In this document: in pieces, positions 38,958 through 53,225 of the stretch
How the letters are laid out: each line of letters starts with the position of its first letter
How positions within the stretch are numbered: the first letter of the stretch is position 1
Assembly (NCBI RefSeq): GCF_009914755.1
Contig: NC_060931.1
Direction: 5' to 3' (one strand)
Source of the DNA: the human T2T-CHM13v2.0 reference genome, Homo sapiens
DNA: 64,000 nt
Program-made: the position numbers and the translations under genes
Notes under the pieces: model-generated
Told to the model about the DNA's origin: nothing
What the model saw: only the letters and a program-made list of their open reading frames with translations
The model's database searches: none

Positions 38958-41185
38958 ATTAAGGGGACATGATGTGGGATTTTCAGAAACCAAAGAGTCC
39001 ACTCACATCTACTTTTGGACAAAGATACTGTAGAAAGACTCTCATATTGGCACTTGTGGACCTAAATGACATCTTAAGTTTCTTCTAGTTCTAAAAGGCT
39101 GTGACAAGCCTCTCTGCCTGCCCCTTGTGAAATCCTGAGATTAACAGATCTCATTACAGAGGAGGAAACCAACACAGAGAAATTAAGTGCCCCCAAATGA
39201 CCAGGAAATCAAGAATGACAGAAATGCCAGTGTCTTACTTTCCAAGCATCTAAGGAAGGAGAAGATAAGTGAATCCACTAGCATTTCCAAGGACCTAAGT
39301 TTAAAGGTGCTAAGAGTTTTGCAAACATCCCCTCCTTTAATCTTCAGACAACCCAGTGGGTGAGGCAGAGATCATGATCTCACCATTTTACAGATGAGGA
39401 AACCAAGTCACAAAGAGATACAAGGAAGATTATGTAGGTCGTGTCCAGAATCCCGGACTGTCATGCCACAGTTAACATCTTGCCATATTCTTTTTTCTGT
39501 TTTCCAGGAGGGAAAAACAGCCGTTTTGACAATTTTCACTTTGCTTGATGGAAGGAACTAGCGACCGCAAATGGAACCGAAGAGGTAATTAGAGCAGTAA
39601 ATAAGCAGCAGCTATTCCTGCTCTATGTCCTGGATTCCCACAGTTGGCTGGTGGGGACACCAGGCTTTCACGCACAGAACTGTGTAAAACTGAAAGCATT
39701 TCAAAAATGATTAGTCTTCTTTCGATTACTTTTATATTGAGAGAAAAAGCAGAGTAGAAAGCTGTTAAAATGTAACTAGACAGTAAATTGAGCCAAGGTA
39801 AAACCTGTACATAAAAAAACAGACTCACATATCTGGAAATCATAAACAAGGGGCTGCTCTATTTCAGACAAACCGCATGTCAAAGGAAATTGCCCAGCTA
39901 CACCTCTTTTCTATCCTAAAGCTTTTTAAAAAAATTTAAATGTTCGTATCTCTGTTGACACTAGTGAAAAGAAGAACACATACTGAATGTGCTAAGAAAT
40001 ACAGAAGTTATTATAAACAAAAAGCAAAAACTCCCCTCTTGTCAAGCCTTCCTGTAGCAGTTTGTGTTTCATGCTTAGGTTTTGAAGAAAAAAGTTAAAG
40101 GCGCATGTATTTACCAGCTTTATCCTTTACATTTATACAAAGTGAGCAGAAGGCTCACTCTGCGCACCTTACCTTGCTTTACACATCTGACAGTGTATCT
40201 TCTGGAGACTTCCTTATCCATACTTATTATCAGGCTTGTCTTATTTTTTTTTGGACTGGGATATCTGTAAAACTGTGGGTGACTTAGGATTGGGCAATTC
40301 TCAGTTTATTTAGCTTTCTTATTAGTGAAAGAGTTGCTCTTAATAATATGATACGAATTCCCAAATGATGATAACAGCTACTAACATTACTGTGCAAAGC
40401 ACTGTGTTCTTCAATATAAAGTTTAAGTCTGAACTCAAATGTTGACTGAATGAGAGAAGCGGGAAAAATATTCACAAAACTAGGTAAAGGAAATACTCCT
40501 TTTTCTTCAAGTGGATCTGAGAAGCCTGGCATCTTACTTGGTTCTGCTGTGGCTTCCTCTCTCATAAAAGAACAGGCTGCCGATTCTGTGAAACAAAATG
40601 ATATCCTATTATATGGCACCACCATCAGTGCCTTGTGAGCCAATATGCAGAACCAAAAGCACAGGAGGGAGGTGGAAGGGGGTCCTGGAGTGCAGCGCTA
40701 AGGGTCTGGGGAGGTGGATGCTTGACGGGGGCAAAGGGCAGGCCTGGCTCCAGAAGCTGATATGGCAGCATTTTGGCTAGTTTGTGAGGTATAGGAAAAG
40801 TGACAGAAGTTACGCTCAGTTTTTGTAACCATGACTCACTCCAAGACTTTCTCAACAATAACCATATTTGTAGTATTAAAAAAAAAAAAAAAAAGAAAGA
40901 AGAAGAAAAGTGAAAGGCAAAACATCCAAAGCCGAGGAGGCAGGGCGCCTAGAAACCCACATCCCTTCTGTTGTCAAGTGATCAATAATTTCCCACTTTC
41001 TGGAGGCCATTTTCTAAAAAAAAACAAAAAACAAAAAACCCTAGGCTTGTAGTCAAGTAGTTTTCCTTTTCTCTTGGACTTCCTACAAGTTTTTAAAGCA
41101 TAAGAAATGTAGTTTTAGGGCTGTAATTACATGATAGACTTGAGTAAAATCATTTAGATATGCAGAGTTTAATAAATAGTACAAA

Positions 41186-41862
<677 letters not shown>

Positions 41863-44187
41863 TTAAAGATCCTTTTTACTTCCTGTTTCTCTAAAAGCAT
41901 GGTTAGCAATGCTCAGAAGCTAGGTCAGTTTTGGTGACTGACTGCTTTGTTAAGGTTTCCCAGGTAGTATTAAAGACCTGGAATCTATCAGCTGCTGCCA
42001 CAGAATGAAATTCTCCTCTCCCTGCACCATCTACCACTTAGACCAGGGGAGGAGGCGCCACCTTCACCTCCCCTAGAAACTTCAGCAGCTCCCATCAGCA
42101 GTGCTTTCCCTGTACATCTGCAAGCATCACATAACCCTAAATAGTAAGCAGGACTGGCACTGTTATCCCATTCTACAGAAGAGCAAACAAAGTCCACAAA
42201 GGCAGTGGGAAGTGCCCAGGGCTAGTGAGAGGTAGAGTGAAGATCTCGCCCTTCTCTGCTGATGCTCCTGCAATACAGCCCACACTAGAGCTCATGCCCC
42301 GACAGCCTGCAGGGATGTACACACGCATGTTCTGCCAGGACAGCTCTGCCACACCAGCCTGACACTTAATAACACATACGCACATGTGTAAAATGTACAC
42401 ATTCATCATGGAATTGCGATTTGGGGGCTGAAGACAACCTACAGATGAGTCAACTTGGACCCTGTGGTTCAGGGCTTATCCAGCACACAGCCAGGAGAGG
42501 CTGAAGCTCCACCTCCACACACCCCCTGCAGCACCTTTTCTGCCTGTCGTCTCTTCCCAGCTCACACAGCCGTGCAAAGAACTCTGTTCTCACGGGTTGA
42601 TCTGCCATGTTTTTAAGTTCCGACAGAAGCACACCCATTTCTCTAACCGTGTGTGTAGACGGTGAGCCTGGGTGATCAACGTGACAGCACTTCTGCTCAT
42701 GCCAACAGGGTGCTCTGCCAGGTCTACCCATGGTGAAGGGGAGACAAGCCACCTGACACCTCGCCACTCGGGCCGACGGCAGCATTTGACTGCTAGGACA
42801 CTGTCTTGTGACCCACTTTACTCACTGCTCCTTACTTCTCAGTTATAAGCAGTAATTAGTAATGTCAGTGTTCCTGTTCTGGCTGGATTGCTCCTGGCTG
42901 GATTGCTCCAGGCCCATTAATGATACAAGAGCAGGAACAGATGAATGCGTAAGTGTACAAGAGAGGTTTCAAGGTTAAAGGCAGTAATGGAGAGAGCTAT
43001 GGTGGGGGTGGGGAAGGCAGTGCTGGTGTGTGTAGAAGAGAAGGGGAGAGGGGGAATGTGTGTGTGAGAAAAACAGAGTATGTGTGTTAGTTTTAAGTCT
43101 ATTCTTTAAAATGCCCAGCTTCTCCTTAGGGGCAACATGTATGGCAAAGCACAACTTCTTAGCGTCCTCAATCAAGTGAAGTAGAATCTTCTATCTGGCA
43201 TGGACACATGGTTCTGGCCACCCGGCAGGGAGTCCATCAGTACTAACTCTAGACACCGGAGAGTTACTAGTGTATGAAATTGAGGTCAGAGGAAACTACA
43301 CCAATATCTTTCAAACATATTTTCGATGTTTTAAATAACTTCTCTTACAGAAGGCAATGTCTGCTTGTTCAGCAGAACTGCTACCTTCCCACTTAATGCT
43401 TTTACAGCGGAAGTCAAGACAAGTAATGAAAGACAGACCCCAGGGGCCGACAGTCAGGCCCTCCTACTCTAGTGGAAGAGATACAATACTTTATATTGTT
43501 ACAATTGCCTCTGCATACCTACAAATCTCCATGTTTTCAAGGAGGGATTTCAAAAGGTATAATTTCCGACATTCCTACCCAGAGTTTTGCTGAAAAATAG
43601 AATGACAGCAAGTAAGCCCGCAAATCATGCCTGGAAAAGGCTTAGCACGGCTATTTGAAAAATATTTGCTTGGGAGCTGGAAGAGGGAACTATGAATCGA
43701 GGCTGGCAGCCAAATGGGAATTTTTTAGTTGTTTATATGTACACTGCCTTCTAAGCAGACAAGGATTTGCCACTAAGCCTTTTACTTGTTCCTCACATAC
43801 CAAAAGCTAACTGTTACACATACTAGGAAAGTAACAACTTTATTTGCTGATTTCACAACCCAAAGCAGACATTTTTAAAAAGCGGTCATAGCAACGCCGG
43901 GTGAATCAGAACCCATCCTTGTTAGTCAGACATACTCTGTGGGAAAAGGCAGCAGTTGGAAACAGTCTTGAATTCTAACTACTAAAAGCCATACTAATTC
44001 CCGCGGGGCCCTGACTTCTGGTCCAAGGTTTCTCACTGGCTGTATCCTGTCCGACAGTGCCAGAGCTTGTGCTGCAAGCAGAGCCCGTGCAGAAGGCGAG
44101 CGAGGAGAAAGGCAGAGCTGCTCAGTTCCAGCTCCTTCCACACACCACAAAACGCCATCCCTCGCCTCCAGCCCGAGGCAAGGCACT

Positions 44188-47111
44188 CCTTTTTAGGTGG
44201 TAAAATAAGCCTTCCAACACACCAGAAGAAATAGCTTGGAGTTTGAAAATACACAAGCATATTTTAATAATCACATTTCTATTTTTCAAGTTCTCTTAAT
44301 ACAAACAAAACAAAAATTCTTTTGCTCATGTTCAGACATGACTAAGTTAATGACAATGGGTATACAATGTGACACATGCACACTCCTCCCTTAACCCTTG
44401 GTGAGCATCCTCAAAAGCGATTCACTGCTACCCATTTCTTATCTATCCTTCCAAATAGATTTTATGTCTGTGTCAGCAAGCATCTCTTCCTCCTCCCATT
44501 TAAGACACAATTGTGGGCATATTGCACCCATTGTTCTACGTCTTGCTTTTTTCACTTAATATCTTGGAGACAGCTCCATATTTGCACAACGGGATTCCAC
44601 GTCATTCTTTTAAACGCTATGGTATATGCTACGGGTTGGCAAACTACAGCTCACTGGCCAATCTGGCCCTCTGCCAATTTTTGTAAATATAATTATACTG
44701 GGACACAGCCACATTCATTTGTTTACATATTGTCTGTGGTTACTTTCACGCTATAAAGGCAGAGTTAGGTAGCTGGGATAGATACCATATGGTCCGCAAA
44801 GCCTGAAATATTTACTACCTTGCCTTTTACAGAAAAAGTCTGCTGACCCCTGGTATGGATGTTTACAGAAAAAGTCTGCTGAACCTCAGTATGGATGCTG
44901 ACCCCCCGGTATGGACCTCCACTGTACTGAGGTACCAAAATGTACTGAAATTGTTCCCTGCTGATGGGTATTGCATTGGATTTCCTTAAGAATAAAATTA
45001 AACTCCTTTAATGCTAAGAAGCTCCAAGACATTTGAGGAAGGAAAGAGCAGGAACTAGCTAGGAAGAAGCCGGCATGAAGAAGCCAAGCTTAAAGAGGGA
45101 ACTTCAGAGCAAGCTACAACCTCCCCAAGTGTCAATTCCTCTTTTTAGAGGAAGTAAGAAGGGAACTGTAGGTCTTTTGATAAGAGGAAATTCCCCTTTG
45201 CTATATCAAAGCTGCTCCCTGTGCTTGTGTTGTTCTAAAGTTAGGCAAGACTGCCTGAAGCATACTGTGACCAAATTAGGAAGCAAGAAGGCTGATGTCT
45301 CTAAAGCTGGTCACCCATGGCCAGGCAGCCCAGGCATGCAAAGACAGAGATGGACGCGGGTAGAGACTCTCTGGCCAACAAGGAGATGCTATTTGCTTAA
45401 GAAATCAGCCTTAAAAATGACACAACGAAAATTAATAACTGTTCTATAAGATGGAATTCACTTGCTGTTGTTGACCAAAAAAACAAAGGCTTCCAACATT
45501 TCCACAAGCAAAGAACATGAGAGAAGCACAGTGAGACGAATGCTCCCAGGCATCATGGGTTTATTCCAAAGGCAGTAAAGGTCTTGGAAAGTGCCAAGGA
45601 AATTATACCACTTAGCTCTTTGATAGATCAAGATAGTCAGTTTTACACTATTGAGAAAAGAAGAATCCAGAAAGGTCTTACTAAAAAGGGCATTTTGTAA
45701 ACTTTCCATTTTAGGACGGCCTACTCAATTTCTTTATTTGCTGGAACAGTTTTCAAACAAGTCTTTCAGCTTCAAAACAAGGTCTAGGTATGCAGTACTT
45801 GAATCATTCACACTGAGCTTGCTTCCGCCACTGCTACTCAATGATATTCTCTTTAAGGAATGACTTCTGAGTTAACTTTTGATTCAGATCCAATGAGCTC
45901 AGAATCTATTCTGACCACGAGCACTATCTGGGTAATAACATTTGACCTTGAAATCCCTGCTTTCCTCCAAAACTTCCAGATCAGCAAGATTCTTGGACAC
46001 AATTTTTATTCCCTTGGCAATGTGCTTAGTTCAGTTCCAACATCTGCTATGAGATCAGACAGTCAGAATTAAGGTAAGTTTAAACGACAAAACAAATCTC
46101 AGTTCTTGTTTATAGGAAAACCTTCAAGGGCTCCAAGCCAAAGGATGAGGCCCACTTGTGGCGCAATTTGAGGACCTGCCTGCCCTGGAGCAGAGATGTG
46201 TATGGTGGCCATGCCCTTCAGCCTATGGAAAGTACATTCTCTGTAGCTGCGTAGCTTGTGTTGGGCTGGTCTCCTGGTCTGCCAGGGTGCACTGGGCAGA
46301 AATTTTACAGCCACTCTCTCAAAGTGTTCTAGGTGTTGTCAAAATAGCTAAGCATTTGTCTACTAACTACTCCTGTTTTGATTTTGAACATTTATTTATA
46401 ATCATCTAAAGGACCCAAGCATTTTATAGAAAAGACAATATACTTTCCAAAGACCCTGGTTAACTGACATACAAATCCACCAACTAAGAACTGTATTTCT
46501 ATTAGTTAAGGCTTCTGTGGCTCAACTTTAACTGAGCCAAAAAATACACTAATGGGCCAATGGGGACACAGATGGGTTAGGGAACTACCCCTGAACCCAA
46601 AGTTCATATATAGCCAAGAAGTTCAATGACTTCAAGCTACACGAAGTTAGCACTTAACCTATCCACGGTTCTTCATCTGTACAACAAGCATGTCTGGGTT
46701 ATATGACCTCCTGGGTCCGGCTTATAAATCTAACATCTACAACTGCAAGTCAAGAGTACCAAATACCAATATACAAAACCACCTGCGCAGACCCAGTGCA
46801 GCAACTTGTACCAAGGTTTGAACCACACATTCACACGTCCAGCAGCCACAGAGACGAAAACGACACGCCAGCCTGTCCTGACCTCACACTCCCCAGTCTG
46901 AGGGCCCGGCAGAAGCGCCACATCGCCTTCCTCTCCTGTTTTTTCTTATGGCTGCTGCTGCCTCGGAGCCCGGACTAAGCAAGGCTGTTAGGCACGGGGT
47001 GAGCACGGTTGCGCCTACTGCTGAGAGTGCCTCTCCCTGCCGGTCTCCTGCTCTCTCTCTGCAGAGCAGAAGACACCGCAGCTATAGACAAGTTCTATTG
47101 CCCTTTTATGG
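44188..47111. promoter_or_regulatory. Candidate SRF (CArG) enhancer cluster
   Basis: Four exact CC(A/T)6GG boxes at 44188, 45271, 45706 and 47102. Confidence 0.45.
44630..44852 (+). mobile_element. MER58A hAT-Charlie MITE
   Basis: GGGTTGGCAAACTA...GGACACAGCCACATTCATTTGTTTACATATTGTCT...TTTACAGAAAAAGTCTGCTGACCCCTG. Confidence 0.88.
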
Positions 47112-49895
47112 TAGAAAAATGAATTGCTTGCTAGCAGTGGTGCCGAGAGAGATGACAGAATGGAAAGTTGTCATTTGTTGTGGTTTTGGCAGCCACAGAA
47201 TAGTGTTCTCCCCTAGTCATCCTCGGATGGATGGTGCACACCAGGCATTCACAGAGGGAAAAGCAAAACCCCTGGTCAAACTGTTCCCTTATGTGTTCTT
47301 CCCTTGCTTTGCCTGTAAACGGATGTGTTTATTTATGAACAGTGTCAAGCCCCATTGTGGAAATGTACTTTTTACAAAACAAGGTATCAAAAGGCTGTTT
47401 GTGTTGCACTGAAAGACTAAGCAGAGGTGCCACAGAAAACATGTTTCCCGTCAGAACGCATCCAAGGAACAGACTTCATTTCCTCACACAACAAGGATGT
47501 AGGACTAGGCTGGGAAGGGAGGGTACCCCACTTGAAGGAGGGGCTGTGGCTCTCAGCACAACCCAGCACGGCCTTGATCCCTGACTCCCAGGAGGCACGG
47601 AAGGACAAGAAAGCAGCCACCAGCTCCAGACAAATCCAGCCCAAGGGGAAACACACTGACATCCACAGTCCATGTGGTGACGAAGAGCAGTTGGTACCGC
47701 ATGGCTTTAAATTGTTTGTATTTCTGTCAGGAGGCCCATGGAAAAAAAGCAGGGCTCTCAGCAGCTGGGAAAACATGTTGCAAAAGGAGAATTAAGCAAT
47801 TCTCTGTATGCACATCACAGAGAAATTAAGCTGATCTGAGTGAGAGAAATTAAGCTTATTCGACATGCCTTCGGCTGGAAAACAAGCCTTTTTAAATGAC
47901 TGGGAAAAAACTTGTGAAGGTTACATGGTTTCCTCCTTATGTAAAGCACCTGAGGACTAAAACAAATTCACTGGCCGGTGGGAATGCAGCAAAGCAGCAA
48001 CTGCCCAATGATCTACTCCAGGGCACCCACACACACCACAGGAAGGAGGAGCAGGCCGGGGCAGCCTCCTAGACACGCGTGCCCAAGATCGTGTCCTATG
48101 GTCTCGCTTCGGCCGCTCTTCACCAAAGCCTCTTCCTTGGCTGCTGCCATCCTCGCTTTTGACTACTGCCCCACGTCTCCCCTCTTGCCCCCAACCTGCC
48201 CTTAGAACCAGGTTCCTTCAGGCCAAATCCCACCTAGGTCTTCTGGAAAATGGGAAAAGTAATCACAGCAAATACCTGCAACATTGTACGAACGGGCTCT
48301 GGGAGGGCTGTAGGAGGACGGCATGTCCCCAGGTTACTAGAAATGACTTGCCATAGTGACTACATTGGCAAGGTGTTCCAATTCCCTTGATATTCTATAT
48401 CTGATCTCTCCCTCCCTCCCACTCCCTTTCAAGGATCTACAAAATTCACCCTCCCACAAGCAGCATGTGATCCCACTGTGTCCCTCCATTACGCCAGCAA
48501 CAGCTCCAGGGACGGGGGTAGGGGAAGTCTCCAAAATAAAATCCACCCTCCTTGTTTTGTTCTGCATTGCAAAGCCCTCAACAGGGTCTATTTATCTTCA
48601 AAGTCCTGCTTCCTTCTGCTCTGGACACACCTGTCTACTTGCTGACCCTTCACCCAGCTTTGCTCGTGTCATTCTCTGGGCCTGGAGTAAAGTTCTCCCC
48701 ATCTCCGCCAATAAGACCCCACCACGGCCTGGTCAGGCCCAGACCCATGTCGCTCATGCAGAGCCGCATGTTCCTCACAGCAGTCACCATCACTCTCTCA
48801 TCCCACTGATGGTCAGTTAGGGCCGTGGTTGCCCTTTCTCTTTCTTACTCCCTTTGGCACAGAAATGCTCAATACATATCTGCTGAACGAACGACCAGAC
48901 TTCAACCAAAGCAGAAATCAGCCCACATGTCTCCATATAGGCAGATGACAGGCAGCTGGTAATGATCGTGTTTAGAGGAGAAGATGAAGTGTCAGGCAAG
49001 GTGAGGGGCCAAACCCTCATTGGCCTCTTCTGTACCATGGCTGGGCTAAGGCTTTTTTATTCTTTTGTTTGTTTAAAGAGATGAGGTCTTGCTATGTTGT
49101 CCAGGCTGGCCTCAGCCTCCTGTGCAGCTGGGACTACAAGTGCGCACCACCACTCCCAGCCTGGGGAAAGGTTTTGATGGAGTCCAGAGACAGAAGGTGG
49201 GGAAGGGAAGAATCTTTACAAGCAATTTGAGGTGCTTAGGATGCAAGGGTGCTCGCCTGGAGAAGACAGAAGCTAGGAGCACAACAGGTTAGGTCAGAGT
49301 AGTAGGTGCTGGCCTTGAGGGTGAAAAGTAGGTTTTTATGGGAGGCAAGAAGGCCTTGAAGCTAAGAGGGCTGTGGGAACACGAGATGTTTTTAGCAGCG
49401 AAGTCTAACAGAGCAGGGGAGAGAAGGGCAAAAGGACAAGCTGTAGTCAAAGATAAGAGCGGAAGAAATTGTGATCTATTTCACCCTCTTTGGGCTAGAA
49501 TCTGGATCAGCTTCTCAGACATAGGCAGCTTTTGAAACTTCAAATGCTTTTCATACAAGCTTCTGACGGGAAATAAAACTGAAAAAAAAGTACTTTTATG
49601 AGGCTATGGGGATTTCATCTGAGAAACTCTCTTAGCCTGTTTATTTTTGAAAAGCAAATGCCAATCCTAGTTTTAAAATCCTCGGTTTTCTAGAAATCAG
49701 TGTTTGGGCTAGAGGGACACTCAAAAGGTCATGTGGGCTTTCTTCTGGTTGCAGCTGGACTGCATGTAAGCAGTTGTACTGGAGCAAGGAGGGTCTGTTA
49801 CAGGCTATACAATGCTCTCAACACAGAACCCCAGGCTTCCTGGGAACCCAATTCATCGGTTACAATGAAGTCCAGTGAGCTGTCTTAGATTCTTT

Positions 49896-49897
<2 letters not shown>

Positions 49898-49934
<37 letters not shown>

Positions 49935-50206
49935 ACACACGCATGCATGCTGGAGTACAGTGGCATGATCATGGTTCACAGCGGCCTCGATCTTCTGGGC
50001 TCAGGTGATCTTCCCGCCTCAGCCTCCCGAGTAGCTGGGACTACAGATGCACAGCACCCATGCCTTATTAAATTTTTTTCTATTTTGTGTAGAGACGAGG
50101 TTGTGCTTTGTTGCCCAGGCTGGTCTTGAACTCATAACCTCAAGCAATCCTCCTGCCTCATTCTCCCAAAGTGCTGGAATTATAGGCATGAGCCACCGCT
50201 CCGGCC
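49898..50206 (-). repeat. (CA)n microsatellite (~49898-49940) occupying the tail of an antisense AluJ
   Basis: About 21 CA units with one TA interruption, followed by GCTGGAGTACAGTGGC Alu sequence. Confidence 0.88.
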
Positions 50207-52999
50207 TCTTGGATTCTTCATAGGTAGTTTAAGTCTGTTTTCCCAGAGAAGCTGGAAAACACCAGGTCCCTACCACTTATATAGAAGAATCTTGTGCAGA
50301 GAAACTACACAGGAAACCTTCCCTCCTCTAGGATGAAGAGCTCTTTAACCTTCTCACAAAAAGCTGTTAACATTTTCCTGTTATGTTGCACATTTTCTCA
50401 TCTCTTAAAAAACTGAACAAGCCACAAAACAGGACATTCGAATAAGGGTCTTTCCAGTCCCCAAGAGTGAACTGGAAAGCAGCAAAGCAAACCAAAACAA
50501 TGAGAGCACAGATAAAGCTAACACTGAAGACAGCTAGAGTTTTTGACTTGTTTTTTTTAAAACTAACTTTTTATTGTAGAAAATTTTAAACATATACAAA
50601 AGCAGAGGATGTAATGAACCCTATGCACCCATTATCGTGTTTAATAATGATCGACTCATAACCAATCTGAGCTTATCTATACCCTACCTGTTCACTCATC
50701 CCTCCTCCTTCAGTATAATTTTGAAGCAAATCCCAGATTACAAATCTTTTCATTTATAAATATTTCAGTTTGTATCTGCAAAAGATAAAGACTCTTGAAA
50801 CTAATGCAGCATATCAAAATTACACCTAAAAACACAAATAACAATGAGAAACCCTGGATTTGACTCCTGATGCTGTCACTTACTAGCTGTGTGACTTTGA
50901 GCAGATAAGGAGTAAAAAGCCCCTAAAACCCAGGAAGAGTTTTATTAGCAAATACCTAGACCTCAGCCTGTTTTAACTATGATGCCAAACTCCCTGCTCA
51001 AGCTATTCTTCCCATACTGGCCCTGATGATCTGACAGAATTGAACACTAGCTTTTTGTTGTGTTCTTCACCCACTACCTCAGCAGATTGGATTTCGTTTC
51101 TCATCACGGCTCTGCATTACCAAGGATATTCACAGTCCATCTTCCCAGGGGAATTGTACAGAAACAGAGCACGAACTGTTATTTAGTTTCAGAAGAGATG
51201 GCAGGGACTGCTGCCTTAGCCTGTTACACTGGACATGAAGGGCAGCAGGCTTTCTGGGGCTGGGTGGTTGATGCCACTTGCAGTGATGTACTGGCCACAG
51301 ATACAGACGCACATTTTCTAACTGTGGTCTGTGGGAAGGCCATGTGGCCTCTGGGAACTGGAGATGTGACAGAGACCCTCTGTATTCTTTATCTTTGTCT
51401 CAAAGTCAGGGAAGACACTGAGGAATAAAAGGCCTTTTACGTTCTCAGCTACCACATTGCAACTGGAATCTGACCTTGAATTCAAGGATAAACACAAGAA
51501 ATTCCACCCAACAGTAGCTTCAGCTTAGGCTTTGCTCTCATCTTGCTCGATGCCCTAAACACTCCTCTTTGCTACTGTTCCCCTTCTCCACATTCCCCGC
51601 CCTGACACAGACACCCACGGGGACAGGGGGTGTTTTCATGCTTGCGGTATTACCATAGCAACAATTTCTCTTCTACCTGGAAGGCTGGAAACCCTGCAGT
51701 GCTCTGTGCTGAGAATGCAAAGAGGGAACACTATCACTTTCCACCTCAGCACACACCACAAGCCGCACACGTGCACTCACACACAGCCCCTTCTCAAGGA
51801 CATCACAATGAGATCATGACAACAAATCAGGATGCTGACACCTAACAACACAAAATCAGTGCAATGACAAAAAGGAGGTAAAACATTTCTTATAAAAAGG
51901 TATTTTGTAGGTATCAATTCTTGAGGGATTTTTATTGTGAAATTTCTAACATGCATCTCTCCCTTGATGAGGCCACAGACACAGAAAAATGTCATTAAAT
52001 TATTTTAGTAAAATATACAAAGGAACTTAATAGGTGGTGTGTGGTTTCTAGAAAGAGGGCCACTCCAAGCTTCTGATCCCCACAGGCTGTGACAAGCCTG
52101 AGAAGCAATAGCTAACTAGTACACAAAACCACAAAAAGAGCCACTAAATTTTAATTAAGTACCCATAGAAACTCGTTAAAAATCCACAGAGAATCTTTTT
52201 CTGTGAGTACTACAGACAGTGTGTTTTAGTAGAGACCAAAAATAACAACAACAAAGAGACAAGTAGGTGTGTCCTTCCACAAGGACAGTCCAAGGTGAGC
52301 AGCCCTGGCATCCAAGCCTGCCCGCTGCCATGGGTGGGCAGGATGACCAGTGCCCTCCCAGTAGGACAAAAACTCATGCCCAATGCACCAAGAAGACAAA
52401 CCCTGGATTTCCATCTCTCCACTGCAACTAATTTGGAGTTCTCTAGTATAGCGTATCGCCGTCTTTGTTTCTAGGCCCCTCCTGTACTCATTTCTTCTGA
52501 ATGTCATCCCTGAGATTCTAAACCTTCTGAGTAGGAGTAAGAAATCAACATGAAACCTGAGAGAAGGAGCACAGCAGTGCTGTGGACAGAGAGTGCAGAC
52601 CCTGAGAGTGGGAGCACACACACGACAGCCTCCCCCAGCACGTGGCTCTCCCCAGGTTGCACAGGGCCCTTCTCTGAACTTGAATAACGTGGACTAAAGG
52701 AGAGCTGTCATTTCTTATAGAATGTATCAGTTAGCAAAAAAATCAGGTTGAAAAATCTACCCCTTTACATGGCAGAACACTGGGGAGCTGGTAGAAATGA
52801 GTTGAGTGGTGAGTGATGAGTCATCTTCTGTTCCCTGATGGGATTTTCCACCTGCCCACTTTAGGGGAACTCCATGCTCTTGTGGCAGCAGGTTCACAAA
52901 ACTGGAGGCAGTTCCCCCTTTCTAGGATCTCCGTTCATCTCCTGAGGCCGCACATCTGCACACACCATCCTCACTGGGCAGTTATTACTTCGTGACACA

Positions 53000-53225
53000 A
53001 AGTGCCAGGCACTGCACTTGACACTTTACCCACGCTGTTTCCATTGGTTTTGCACAAAAGCTCTACGAGGTAGGTGCAACCGTTCTTATTGTACACGGAA
53101 AGGAAATGTGGCTTAGGGAGATCAAGTATTCACCCTATGTCACAAAGCTAGTGAGTGGAGGAGCTAGAATTAAAGCATAAGTGGGTTTAATATCAAAATC
53201 CCTTGTCTTAACCACTGAGCTATAC
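53000..53225 (-). mobile_element. MIR
   Basis: GTGCCAGGCACTG...GAGGTAGGT...GGCTTAGGGAGATCAAGT...GTCACAAAGCTAGTGAGTGG. Confidence 0.72.

Noticed and set aside
42450-42785. 111-aa minus-strand ORF in unique sequence
   Set aside because: No recognisable homology or flanking splice sites; a chance ORF in GC-richer DNA.
42879-42908. 15-bp tandem duplication CTGGCTGGATTGCTC x2 (a similar one lies at ~54240-54270)
   Set aside because: Ordinary slippage duplications.
48103-48113. CTCGCTTCGGC, resembling the U6 snRNA 5' end
   Set aside because: The match is only 11 nt and does not continue.
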